Shown here one piece after another: positions 17,947 to 25,806 of a DNA stretch of 51,724 nucleotides. The notes beneath the pieces are model-generated. The model searched no databases, was not told the DNA's origin, and was given only the letters and a program-made list of their open reading frames with translations. The DNA is taken from positions 2,992,765 to 3,044,488 of the forward strand of contig CP070629.1 in the NCBI GenBank assembly GCA_020356005.1. Direction: 5' to 3'. The DNA comes from Thermoplasmata archaeon (GTDB lineage: Archaea > Thermoplasmatota > Penumbrarchaeia > JAEHCK01 > GCA-020356005). The position numbers and the translations under genes were made by a program. Positions within the stretch are counted from its first letter, which is position 1. Each line of letters starts with the position of its first letter.

Positions 17947-18010
17947 AAACCAAAAAGATTTAATTCAATGACATATTTAACGTAGACTAATAAGCTCGGG
18001 GGAGAACCTC

Positions 18011-18277
18011 TTGGTAACCAAACTTCAGGTGAAAGAGAGCCCTATCGCAAAAAGTGGGGTTTCCAGGATACATATCAGTGTTCTAGAGAATCTTGGAATT
18101 GAAGTTGGTAATACCATCGTGGTATCCTCCGACAATGGTTCTATTTTGGTACATGTTTACGCAGACACCTTGATTGAGGAAAATAAAATAAGTTTACGAC
18201 CTGCCGATCGGAAAAAACTGGGTGTAAGGGGTGGTTATGAGGTAGCAATAGCACCTCATAAGGGCGGTAAAAAGTAA
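18011..18277 (+). CDS. Stand-alone Cdc48/VAT N-domain-like barrel protein (A2)
   Basis: The segment LQVKESPIAKSGVSRIHISVLENLGIEVGNTIVVSS...LVHVYADTLIEENKISLRPADRKKLGVRGGYEVAI aligns along its whole length with A1 (14993..15349). It starts at TTG after SD GGGGGAG. Confidence 0.6.
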   Translation: MVTKLQVKESPIAKSGVSRIHISVLENLGIEVGNTIVVSSDNGSILVHVYADTLIEENKISLRPADRKKLGVRGGYEVAIAPHKGGKK

Positions 18278-18304
18278 TTAAGGTAGAATTGAATTAAATT
18301 TAAA

Positions 18305-19486
18305 TTGAAACATGGTGTGGGTATGGGCAGGAGTAGCGACAATAAGATACTTCTAATTGATTTAATGTTCATCTGCGTTTTAATTTTAATTCTTATTTAT
18401 TATTTTTTAACATCAGATTATCTAACGATTATCATTATTGGAATCGTTGTATTATCAATTCTTATCATTGTACTAACAGTAATTTACTTTACAGAACAGC
18501 AACATAAAAAGCTCATGGTAGATATGGCTCATATTCTGTATGATAAGGCTGTGGCTCTGGAGAATGCACAAAAAGAACCTGCTGGTGAGTTTGGTAATAA
18601 TAACCCGTTGATTCCCATAGAGAAGCCCGAGATATCATTCTCCAATCTTGGCGGTATGAAAGCTGTGAAAGAGGATATTAAAAAAGCTATTGTTTATCCC
18701 TTCGATCATCCTAACCTGTATGCCATGTACGGCAAAAAAATTGGAGAGGGAATTTTGCTTTACGGCCCACCGGGCTGCGGTAAAACATACATCGCAAGAG
18801 CCGCGGCCGGGGAGTGCGGTGCATCGTTTCTTAATTTGAAGATCAGTGATATCTTGAGTAAATGGGTTGGCGAAAGTGAAAAAAATATACGCGCTGCTTT
18901 CGATGCTGCGACAAAGCATGCACCAACTATATTGTTCTTCGATGAGATCGATGCAATAGGCAGTAAACGGGGAGAAAGTCTTGAGGGTCACACAAAACGG
19001 CTCGTGAATGAACTGTTGATACAGCTGGACGGCCTGGAAGGACCAAAAGAAAAGGTGTTGACCCTTGCTGCAACGAACGCACCGTGGTCGGTAGACCCGG
19101 CGCTGCGCAGACCTGGGAGATTCAGCAAGCTGATCTATATCCCTCCACCGGATTTTAATGCACGAAAGGAGATATTCAAGTTACAAACCAAAAACCGCCC
19201 CATTGCAGATAATATTGATTTCGATGACCTCGCAAAAAGAACGGAATGGTATAGTGCCGCTGATATCAATCAAATCTGTGAGGAGGCGGCAGACATTCCG
19301 TTGCGCGAAGCTATCAAGAATCAAAAGACGAGGAAGATAACCAACGAAGATTTTCAGAAGGTATTAAAGCGCCGCAAATCATCATTAATATCATGGGCAA
19401 AATTAGCTAAGCAGCAGATACAGATGAGTAAAGAACAGGAGGTTTTTGAGGAGCTGTCAAAGGAAATCGAACAGATTCTGGAATGA
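18305..19486 (+). CDS. Membrane-anchored single-module classic-clade AAA+ ATPase
   Basis: Two N-terminal TM helices (LIDLMFICVLILILIYYFL, IIIIGIVVLSILIIVLTVIYF). Walker A is GPPGCGKT, Walker B is ILFFDEID, and the second region of homology is ATNAPWSVDPALRRPGRF. The segment SKWVGESEKNIRAAF is also present. An alternative start is ATG 18323. Confidence 0.9.
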   Translation: MKHGVGMGRSSDNKILLIDLMFICVLILILIYYFLTSDYLTIIIIGIVVLSILIIVLTVIYFTEQQHKKLMVDMAHILYDKAVALENAQKEPAGEFGNNNPLIPIEKPEISFSNLGGMKAVKEDIKKAIVYPFDHPNLYAMYGKKIGEGILLYGPPGCGKTYIARAAAGECGASFLNLKISDILSKWVGESEKNIRAAFDAATKHAPTILFFDEIDAIGSKRGESLEGHTKRLVNELLIQLDGLEGPKEKVLTLAATNAPWSVDPALRRPGRFSKLIYIPPPDFNARKEIFKLQTKNRPIADNIDFDDLAKRTEWYSAADINQICEEAADIPLREAIKNQKTRKITNEDFQKVLKRRKSSLISWAKLAKQQIQMSKEQEVFEELSKEIEQILE

Positions 19487-19692
19487 CGAAATTATTGATA
19501 TTATCATAAACCAATCCTTTTTATCAAATTTATTGAAATCTAAATAGATATTTGTTAATAGCGTCAATGATACTGAAAAAAAGAGCTGAAAAAATAACAA
19601 AAATTCTTAAATTATTCAATTTTTCATTAATAAATAAATAAATTTTGTACTAGTCATATTATTTAATTATTGTCCAAAAGTTTATATTAGAA

Positions 19693-22683
19693 TTGACATC
19701 TTCTGTGGATAGAATGCCAGATAAGAACGTCGGTGCAGTAGAGTTCGAGCTAAGGCGAGACTTAACCTTTTTTGATGTCACTATGATTGGCATCGGAGCA
19801 ATGATAGGAGCAGGGATATTCGTACTCACGGGTTACGCTATAAACGGTGCGGGGCCTGCCGCTATTATTGTATTCGGGTTGAATGGAATAGTCGCTATTT
19901 TGACAGCTCTTACGTATATGGAACTCGGCTCATGCTTCCCTGAAGCAGGCGGCGGATATCTATGGGTAAGGGAGGGTATGCCTCACCCCTTCGGGTTTCT
20001 TTCCGGCTGGATGTCCTGGATGGCGCATACAGTAGCTTGTTCACTATATGCCCTGGGTTTCGGCAGCTATTTAACCTGGGCTTTCGAGGCCTATGATGTC
20101 ACGTTTTGGATTATTCCTTATGAAGTTATAGCCAAGATCTTTGCGGTTTTAGTAGCTATTGTACTGCTGGGTATAAATTATGTAGGCACGGGCACTACAG
20201 GTAAGACTGAAAATATAGCAACCATCGCCAAGCTCGTGACGCTTTTCATTTTCATCGGCTTTGGTGTTGTGGCGTTATTCCATAATCCTTATGCAGTTGA
20301 TAATTTTACCAAGAACTTTTTACCGAACGGTTTCGGCGGCATCGCGTACGGCATGGGTCTTACTTTTATTGCATTTCAGGGATTCGAGGTTATTGCTCAA
20401 TGCGGTGAGGAAGTTAAAGAACCCCGGAAGAACATTCCGAGGGCGATACTGGTATCTTTGATCGTTGTCATCATAATCTATATTTCAATCGTCGTTATTG
20501 TCATCGGAGCAGTTAAAGGCGATGGCCCAGGTACATCATGGGAGGTTATTGGTTCTCACGGCGAACTTGCAATGGTGGAAGCCGCAAAATCGTTCATGGG
20601 GCCCATCGGATTCATTATCATGATTGTGGGCGGGTTGGTATCAACAGTTTCGGCACTTAATGCAACTGTCTTTTCATCCTCGAGAGTGTCATTCGCCATG
20701 GGCCGTGACGGTACACTACCGGATTCGCTCGGAAAAATACACAGAAAGAGGCGAACGCCTTCAAATGCGATTATGCTTACCGGCGTTATAATGATAATAA
20801 TGGCTGTGGCACTTCCTATCGAGGATGTGGCGGCGTCTGCAGACATCATGTTTCTACTACTGTTCAGCTTCGCAAATATCTCGCTGATTACGCTCAGAAG
20901 GAAAATGCCGTACCTCCAGCGCGGGTTCGTGGTTCCCCTGGTACCGTTTGTTCCCATGGTTGCCACCGGCCTGAATTTAGCTCTTGCCATTTACCTGTTC
21001 TTCTACAGCCCGGTTTCATGGTATATAGCAATCGCTTGGATAGAATTCGGGCTGATCGGATACTATTTTACGCGCGGTAAGGAAGAAATAACGGAGATAG
21101 ATAAAGTCGAGAAGCTTATCGGTGTGCCGCGCAGGGAGACCGGTAAGAGCTATCATGTGCTCGTCCCCATAGCCAATCCGAAGAACACGGAACTGATCGA
21201 CTTTGCCAGCACAGTAGCCAAGAACCAGGACGGGGATATGATCTTATTGAATATCGTACGAATTCCCGATAACCTACCAATTAAAAATGTGGATTATGAT
21301 TTTGTAAAGAGGCGCATTGGAACCGCAGAAACCTTAAGCGAATATTCCACCACGAAGCATAACATAATGACAAGGGCACGGGTAGTTGTCTCACATAAAA
21401 TACGAGATACTATCCTCGATACTGTGAACAAGGAGAAAGCAAATTTCACTCTTATTGGTTGGAGCGGTAAGCCCTCGCGCTCGCGGATTATGTTCGGTTA
21501 TAATATCGATGATATTATCCAGTTTGCCAAGAGCGATGTTGCGGTGTTAAAAGGTCCCATAAAAGGTGAGATCAATAAAATACTGGTTTTACCCGGTTAC
21601 AGTTACCACGGCGAACGGACAGTGGAGATTGCGGCATATCTTGCTAAAGAACATAAGGCAACAATTACATTGGTCGGATTCTTAACACCTGAGAGGTCGG
21701 AAGTAGCAGTACGGAGTGAGATAAAACCCCTCATGGATATTATCAGAAGACATGGTGTACAAACCGAGGAGAAGATCATCAGGACGAAGCGGCCTGTGGG
21801 AAAACTGGTAGAACTATCAACGGAATATGATTTCCTGCTCTTGGGTGCATCGGAAAAATGGAAGCTGTTGAGGTATGCATTCGGACCGATACAGGATAGT
21901 GTGGCGAGAAAAGTGGATATCCCGCTGCTGATGCTGCGCGCTTATGAGAAGGAGGAAAAGATGCTCAGCACGAGCAAACTCGGAGAGGAGAAGAAGGAGA
22001 AGCCCGCGCGTGTAGTAAAGATACCTGAAAGAATATTGGAACCCACACCTGTTCCCACACCAGTACCTACACCTGTACCTGTACCGGTTCCCGTGCCCGA
22101 AACCCCGGAGGAGGGAAAAGAAGAGGCAGAGGGCGTTGCTGAACCGGAAGGTGGTGAATCACCGGATGGCGAAGATACAGCAGAGGCCGGTTCAGATTCT
22201 CCGGAGCCAGCCTCCAGCCAGAAATTAAAAATCGATTCCAAGAAACCCTCACTTGAGGATTCGTCTGTAGAGCTAATAGAACCTGGTAAGGAGCTGGAAA
22301 CTCCGGATATTCCTGGAGAAGATGTTGGAGACCTCCAGGAACCGGAGATGGATGAATCTGAACTTGATAAGATTATAAAAGAAGATGCGACACCTGATTC
22401 AGGGGAAAAAGAAAAAGAAGTTGAAGATGATATAGTACCTGAAAGCGATGATGAAATGCAAAAACCAAAACCAAAAAAGGAGGCGCCAAAAATAGATCCT
22501 TCGGTACCCGAGGAATTTCAAGAAGAAGATGAGATAGAATCAGAAGAACTTACGGATTATGTTGACAGAATACTTCAAGAAGAAGGAGAAGCCGGAATAG
22601 ATTCTGAAAGCGGAACATCTAAGTTAGATGAGAAAACTAAAGATAAATTAACAAATCTGCCCAGAGGTGGTAAAAACGTTTAG
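19693..22683 (+). CDS. APC-superfamily amino-acid permease fused to two universal-stress-protein (USP) domains and a long acidic/Pro-rich tail
   Basis: The permease signature is FFDVTMIGIGAMIGAGIFVLTG, with about 12 TM helices. Two USP-like halves follow (YHVLVPIANPKNTELI..., NKILVLPGYSYHGERTVEIAAYLA...LLLGASE). The tail contains PTPVPTPVPTPVPVPVPVP and E/D/K-rich sequence. An alternative start is ATG 19717. Confidence 0.85.
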   Translation: MTSSVDRMPDKNVGAVEFELRRDLTFFDVTMIGIGAMIGAGIFVLTGYAINGAGPAAIIVFGLNGIVAILTALTYMELGSCFPEAGGGYLWVREGMPHPFGFLSGWMSWMAHTVACSLYALGFGSYLTWAFEAYDVTFWIIPYEVIAKIFAVLVAIVLLGINYVGTGTTGKTENIATIAKLVTLFIFIGFGVVALFHNPYAVDNFTKNFLPNGFGGIAYGMGLTFIAFQGFEVIAQCGEEVKEPRKNIPRAILVSLIVVIIIYISIVVIVIGAVKGDGPGTSWEVIGSHGELAMVEAAKSFMGPIGFIIMIVGGLVSTVSALNATVFSSSRVSFAMGRDGTLPDSLGKIHRKRRTPSNAIMLTGVIMIIMAVALPIEDVAASADIMFLLLFSFANISLITLRRKMPYLQRGFVVPLVPFVPMVATGLNLALAIYLFFYSPVSWYIAIAWIEFGLIGYYFTRGKEEITEIDKVEKLIGVPRRETGKSYHVLVPIANPKNTELIDFASTVAKNQDGDMILLNIVRIPDNLPIKNVDYDFVKRRIGTAETLSEYSTTKHNIMTRARVVVSHKIRDTILDTVNKEKANFTLIGWSGKPSRSRIMFGYNIDDIIQFAKSDVAVLKGPIKGEINKILVLPGYSYHGERTVEIAAYLAKEHKATITLVGFLTPERSEVAVRSEIKPLMDIIRRHGVQTEEKIIRTKRPVGKLVELSTEYDFLLLGASEKWKLLRYAFGPIQDSVARKVDIPLLMLRAYEKEEKMLSTSKLGEEKKEKPARVVKIPERILEPTPVPTPVPTPVPVPVPVPETPEEGKEEAEGVAEPEGGESPDGEDTAEAGSDSPEPASSQKLKIDSKKPSLEDSSVELIEPGKELETPDIPGEDVGDLQEPEMDESELDKIIKEDATPDSGEKEKEVEDDIVPESDDEMQKPKPKKEAPKIDPSVPEEFQEEDEIESEELTDYVDRILQEEGEAGIDSESGTSKLDEKTKDKLTNLPRGGKNV

Positions 22684-22717
22684 TTCATCCACCATACCAT
22701 CGCTCCTGCCATGTTCA

Positions 22718-24064
22718 ATGGTAATGGCAAATTCCGATACAGAGATATTCAAGGATATAATACAGAGGTATGCACCCTGGGTTTTGGCAATTATATTTTT
22801 AATTATTGTATTATTGTATTCATTTGCATATTTTACAAGACATATTCAAGCGTATAAGATCAAGGGAAGTGTCTTTTTCGATGATGATACATTAGATTTC
22901 ATCAACCGCGGCGGCCAGTATTTGATCTTTCTGATTATTTTAATTCTAATACTGATGACCGCGTTCAGCAGTGAGGAATGGACCTGGGAGAATCTCTGGA
23001 AACCATTCTCTCATTATATCCCATATATAATGTCCATTGCAATTATACTGTTCTTCTCCACCTTGATAATCAAAGTAATCCATCGAATCATCATGAACAT
23101 GAGAAATGAAATCAGAGATATCGAAGATAAAATGATGAAGTTCAGGATTCTCGGTATAATCGATATCGTTCTGAAGTGGACAATAAATCTCATTGTATGG
23201 ACCATCGTTATTGCAATAGGACTTGCAATGGTAGGGCTGCACGAGCAGGTCCGGGAATCCGTTATGCGTTTCATAGAAGAGAAGCTTGCGTCAGTAATAT
23301 TTATCATCGCCTGGATTTTTATTATATATTTTATAAACAAAACACTGGAGTCGTTCTTGCAGGACATCAAAAAACGGTCTACGACCCTCAGCCCTCAGTT
23401 CATTGACCTCAGCGGTAATATCCTTAAATACGGGCTGTGGTTATTTACCGTGATTTTGATCATTTACACCGTGCTGAGCATACTTAATCTTACAGGCATC
23501 GGCACCTTCATGATTCTATTCTTTGCTATTATTTTGATACTTGCAGTGGCGGTAGTCTTGACCACACCGCTCCGTAATATTTTTTCAGGTATTGTAATAA
23601 TCAACATGAAGCCTTTCGAGCAGGGAGACCGCATCAGGCTAGAAGACGGGACTATGTGTGATATAATTGAGATTAGATTATGGTTCACGCGACTGAAGAC
23701 GCCGTTTGGTGAGTTGATCGAGGTACCGAACGACCAGCTGCTCAAGGGTAAAATCATAAACTACAGCAAGGAGGGCAAGACGACTATTACAATCAGCTTG
23801 AATGTGGATTCGAAAATACCGTTCAAAACCGTTGAGCGCAGCCTGCGCGAGGCGGCAGGTAATACCTGGGGGGTGGAGGACCAGCCGCGGCCGCGGGTGT
23901 TTGCCAGGGAGCTCCAGGGCAAGACCATACGGTATGAGCTGGTAATACATACCACTAAAATCAAGCGCTTGATTACCGTTCGGTCCAGGTTAATCAAGAG
24001 CATCCAGGCCAAATTCCAGGAGGAATCCATACCGCTGCTATCATTCTCAAAAAGCGAGGATTAA
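22718..24064 (+). CDS. Mechanosensitive ion channel (MscS family)
   Basis: Multiple TM helices precede the MscS beta-domain signature GIVIINMKPFEQGDRIRLEDGTMCDIIEIRLWFTRLKTPFGELIEVPNDQL. The ORF is open from 22667 (GTG, overlapping the upstream gene), but ATG 22718 is the likelier start. Confidence 0.85.
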   Translation: MVMANSDTEIFKDIIQRYAPWVLAIIFLIIVLLYSFAYFTRHIQAYKIKGSVFFDDDTLDFINRGGQYLIFLIILILILMTAFSSEEWTWENLWKPFSHYIPYIMSIAIILFFSTLIIKVIHRIIMNMRNEIRDIEDKMMKFRILGIIDIVLKWTINLIVWTIVIAIGLAMVGLHEQVRESVMRFIEEKLASVIFIIAWIFIIYFINKTLESFLQDIKKRSTTLSPQFIDLSGNILKYGLWLFTVILIIYTVLSILNLTGIGTFMILFFAIILILAVAVVLTTPLRNIFSGIVIINMKPFEQGDRIRLEDGTMCDIIEIRLWFTRLKTPFGELIEVPNDQLLKGKIINYSKEGKTTITISLNVDSKIPFKTVERSLREAAGNTWGVEDQPRPRVFARELQGKTIRYELVIHTTKIKRLITVRSRLIKSIQAKFQEESIPLLSFSKSED

Positions 24065-24104
24065 AGGGTAAAATTTTAATGTTAAATAACCATTATCCTG
24101 CTAT

Positions 24105-24647
24105 ATGGCCATCCGGAAGGGGCGGGTAGAAGATATACCGGCTTTTGAGTACATAGATAAGCTGTGTTTTCCACAGACCATACGGTACAGCAGGTTCGAT
24201 TTTATCTATTATTTTTTCAAAAACAATGTTTTTACACTGGTCTGTGAGGAGGGCCGGCGCATCCAGGCTTTTATGATCGCCGATGTGAAGTCCACCGAAG
24301 AAGGTCATATAATATCTATCGATGTTCATCCGAACTATCGGCGGAAGGGCCTGGGCAGGAATTTGATGGATGAGGCAGAGAAGATATTTATGAAACTTGG
24401 CATCCAGCGCGTTACGCTGGAGGTACATGAGAGCAATGTTTTAGCACAATTATTTTATTCGGATATGGGCTACAGGCTGGAGAAGAAGCTTTATAATTAC
24501 TACCACTCGGGCCACGGCCTGCAGATGTCCAAGATGCTGGTGGCTGTTAAGCCAGAGGAGAAGGAGGAGGTGGAGCCGATAGTGGTGGAGGCGAAATCAG
24601 AGCAGGCTCAAAAGCAAATGACGCTGGAAAGGTATCAACTAACTTAA
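24105..24647 (+). CDS. GNAT N-acetyltransferase (RimI/Ard1-like) with a charged C-terminal tail
   Basis: The acetyl-CoA binding segment is ISIDVHPNYRRKGLGRNLMDEA, followed by ...RVTLEVHESNVLAQLFYSDMGYR. Confidence 0.8.
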   Translation: MAIRKGRVEDIPAFEYIDKLCFPQTIRYSRFDFIYYFFKNNVFTLVCEEGRRIQAFMIADVKSTEEGHIISIDVHPNYRRKGLGRNLMDEAEKIFMKLGIQRVTLEVHESNVLAQLFYSDMGYRLEKKLYNYYHSGHGLQMSKMLVAVKPEEKEEVEPIVVEAKSEQAQKQMTLERYQLT

Positions 24648-24663
24648 GATTTTAATAGATTTT

Positions 24664-24728
24664 TATAAGCTTTTAAATCGCTTACAGAAAAGCGTAGAGC
24701 GGTTGCGTTGGCGAGGTGCGTAACGTCT
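24664..24728. repeat. Copy A (left-arm only) of the palindromic intergenic element family
   Basis: tataagcttttaaatcgcttacagaaaagcgtagagcggttgcgttggcgaggtgcgtaacgtc aligns with the 5' arms at 26526 and 28203. Confidence 0.7.
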
Positions 24729-24729
24729 A

Positions 24730-24885
24730 GCGTTTGCGATGTGCGTCTCGTTGGGCGGGTTCGATGCTCGTTTCGTAAATCGGTATCGAAGCTCGTCTCG
24801 TTGGGCGGACTCGAGGCTCGTCTCGTAAGACGGGTTCGATGCTCGTTTTAACTTTTGCCTTTTGTCTTTTGCCTCTAGCTTCTCC
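24730..24885. repeat. Interleaved direct repeats (CGTCTCGTTGGGCGG x2, GGGTTCGATGCTCGTTT x2) followed by a CTTTTGCC word array
   Basis: The words start at 24744 and 24794, and at 24757 and 24832. They are followed by acttttgccttttgtcttttgcctc. Confidence 0.7.
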
Positions 24886-25021
24886 TGCAGGGCTGGATTG
24901 TTATATAAATAAATAACGGATAAAATCAATAAATTTAAGTAATCATTAAACTTATTATTTACATATAATCAAAATAATAAATCGGAGGGTGTCAAATTAT
25001 CGGAATGATTGGTGATAATTT

Positions 25022-25693
25022 ATGAATAAAAAATTGTTGGTAATAATTATAATTTTCTTGGTTTATACAAGTTGTGTATTTTACCTATGTAATAATTATA
25101 TGCAAAATAATAATTATACAATTAATATTCATACTAACGCAAATAAAACTAATGAACCGATAAATGAAGAATCTATGGTAACATTATATGAGATTGACAT
25201 TAGTACGAATTCAAGTGAATTTTTCGATATAATAGTTCCTATCTGTATTAATTGGGATGGTACTGTTTCAAGTTTGTACAATAATTTAACAGTAATTGGA
25301 AGTAATGTTTCAAATTTTGAAATAATCTCAACAGAATTAAAAAATACAAAATATAATATCGGATTGAGATTAATTGGATTTGGCAATGTTACTTTAAAAG
25401 CATATAATTATAATTGGTTAGAAGATTTTGATGAAAAAAATCAATCGAGTATAACTTTAAGTTTGATAGATATCTCTACAAATCCAATAATCCCAGAATA
25501 TGAAAATCAGGGATTTCCTCATTGGGTTTATTTGAATTCTTCAATTGATAATGGAATTTATGTTAGAATAAAATTATATTTCCACATAATTATGAAACCA
25601 CATAATTATATTCATTGGGAAATAATAATAAATGGTTACATTAACAATGGATGGCAATCGGTTGACAGTTTTGATATACACATGCACAGTTAA
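25022..25693 (+). CDS. Hypothetical secreted or membrane-anchored protein, conspicuously AT-rich ORFan
   Basis: SD GGTGAT. N-terminal anchor KKLLVIIIIFLVYTSCVFYL. The composition is Asn/Ile-rich. I recognise no motif. Confidence 0.55.
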   Translation: MNKKLLVIIIIFLVYTSCVFYLCNNYMQNNNYTINIHTNANKTNEPINEESMVTLYEIDISTNSSEFFDIIVPICINWDGTVSSLYNNLTVIGSNVSNFEIISTELKNTKYNIGLRLIGFGNVTLKAYNYNWLEDFDEKNQSSITLSLIDISTNPIIPEYENQGFPHWVYLNSSIDNGIYVRIKLYFHIIMKPHNYIHWEIIINGYINNGWQSVDSFDIHMHS

Positions 25694-25756
25694 TTAAATT
25701 GCACAATATTAAATCTATCAAATCACACATGCACCATGCAACCTGCAGCTTATAAT

Positions 25757-25805
25757 CACCCTAGCGCCTATTCTCTATTCTCTAGCGCCTGATTTCATCG
25801 ATTTC
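25757..25805. repeat. Near-identical copy of the 35139-35187 repeat arm (CTAGCGCC 7-mer words + CCTGAT + ATCGAT)
   Basis: caccctagcgcctattctctattctctagcgcctgatttcatcgatttc compares with gcaccctagcgcctaatctctagtctctagcgcctgattttatcgattc. Confidence 0.8.
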
Positions 25806-25806
25806 T

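Noticed and set aside
14993-19486. Identifying the cluster as a Cdv/ESCRT-III plus Vps4 division locus.
   Set aside because: The ATPase has TM helices instead of an MIT domain. The coiled-coil proteins are about 100 aa, not Snf7-sized at about 200 aa. No CdvA-like gene is present. The similarity is limited to a few AAA motifs.
24744-24850. A tRNA-like T-arm resemblance (GGGTTCGATGCTCG, occurring twice).
   Set aside because: There is no acceptor stem, D-arm or anticodon arm around either copy. The words are part of the intergenic direct repeats.
24663-24929. An 88-aa - strand ORF with a repeated RASNP(S/P)(Y/N)ET.
   Set aside because: The peptide repeat is simply the translation of the intergenic DNA repeats at 24664-24885. 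There is no SD, and the region matches non-coding elements at 26523 and 28199.
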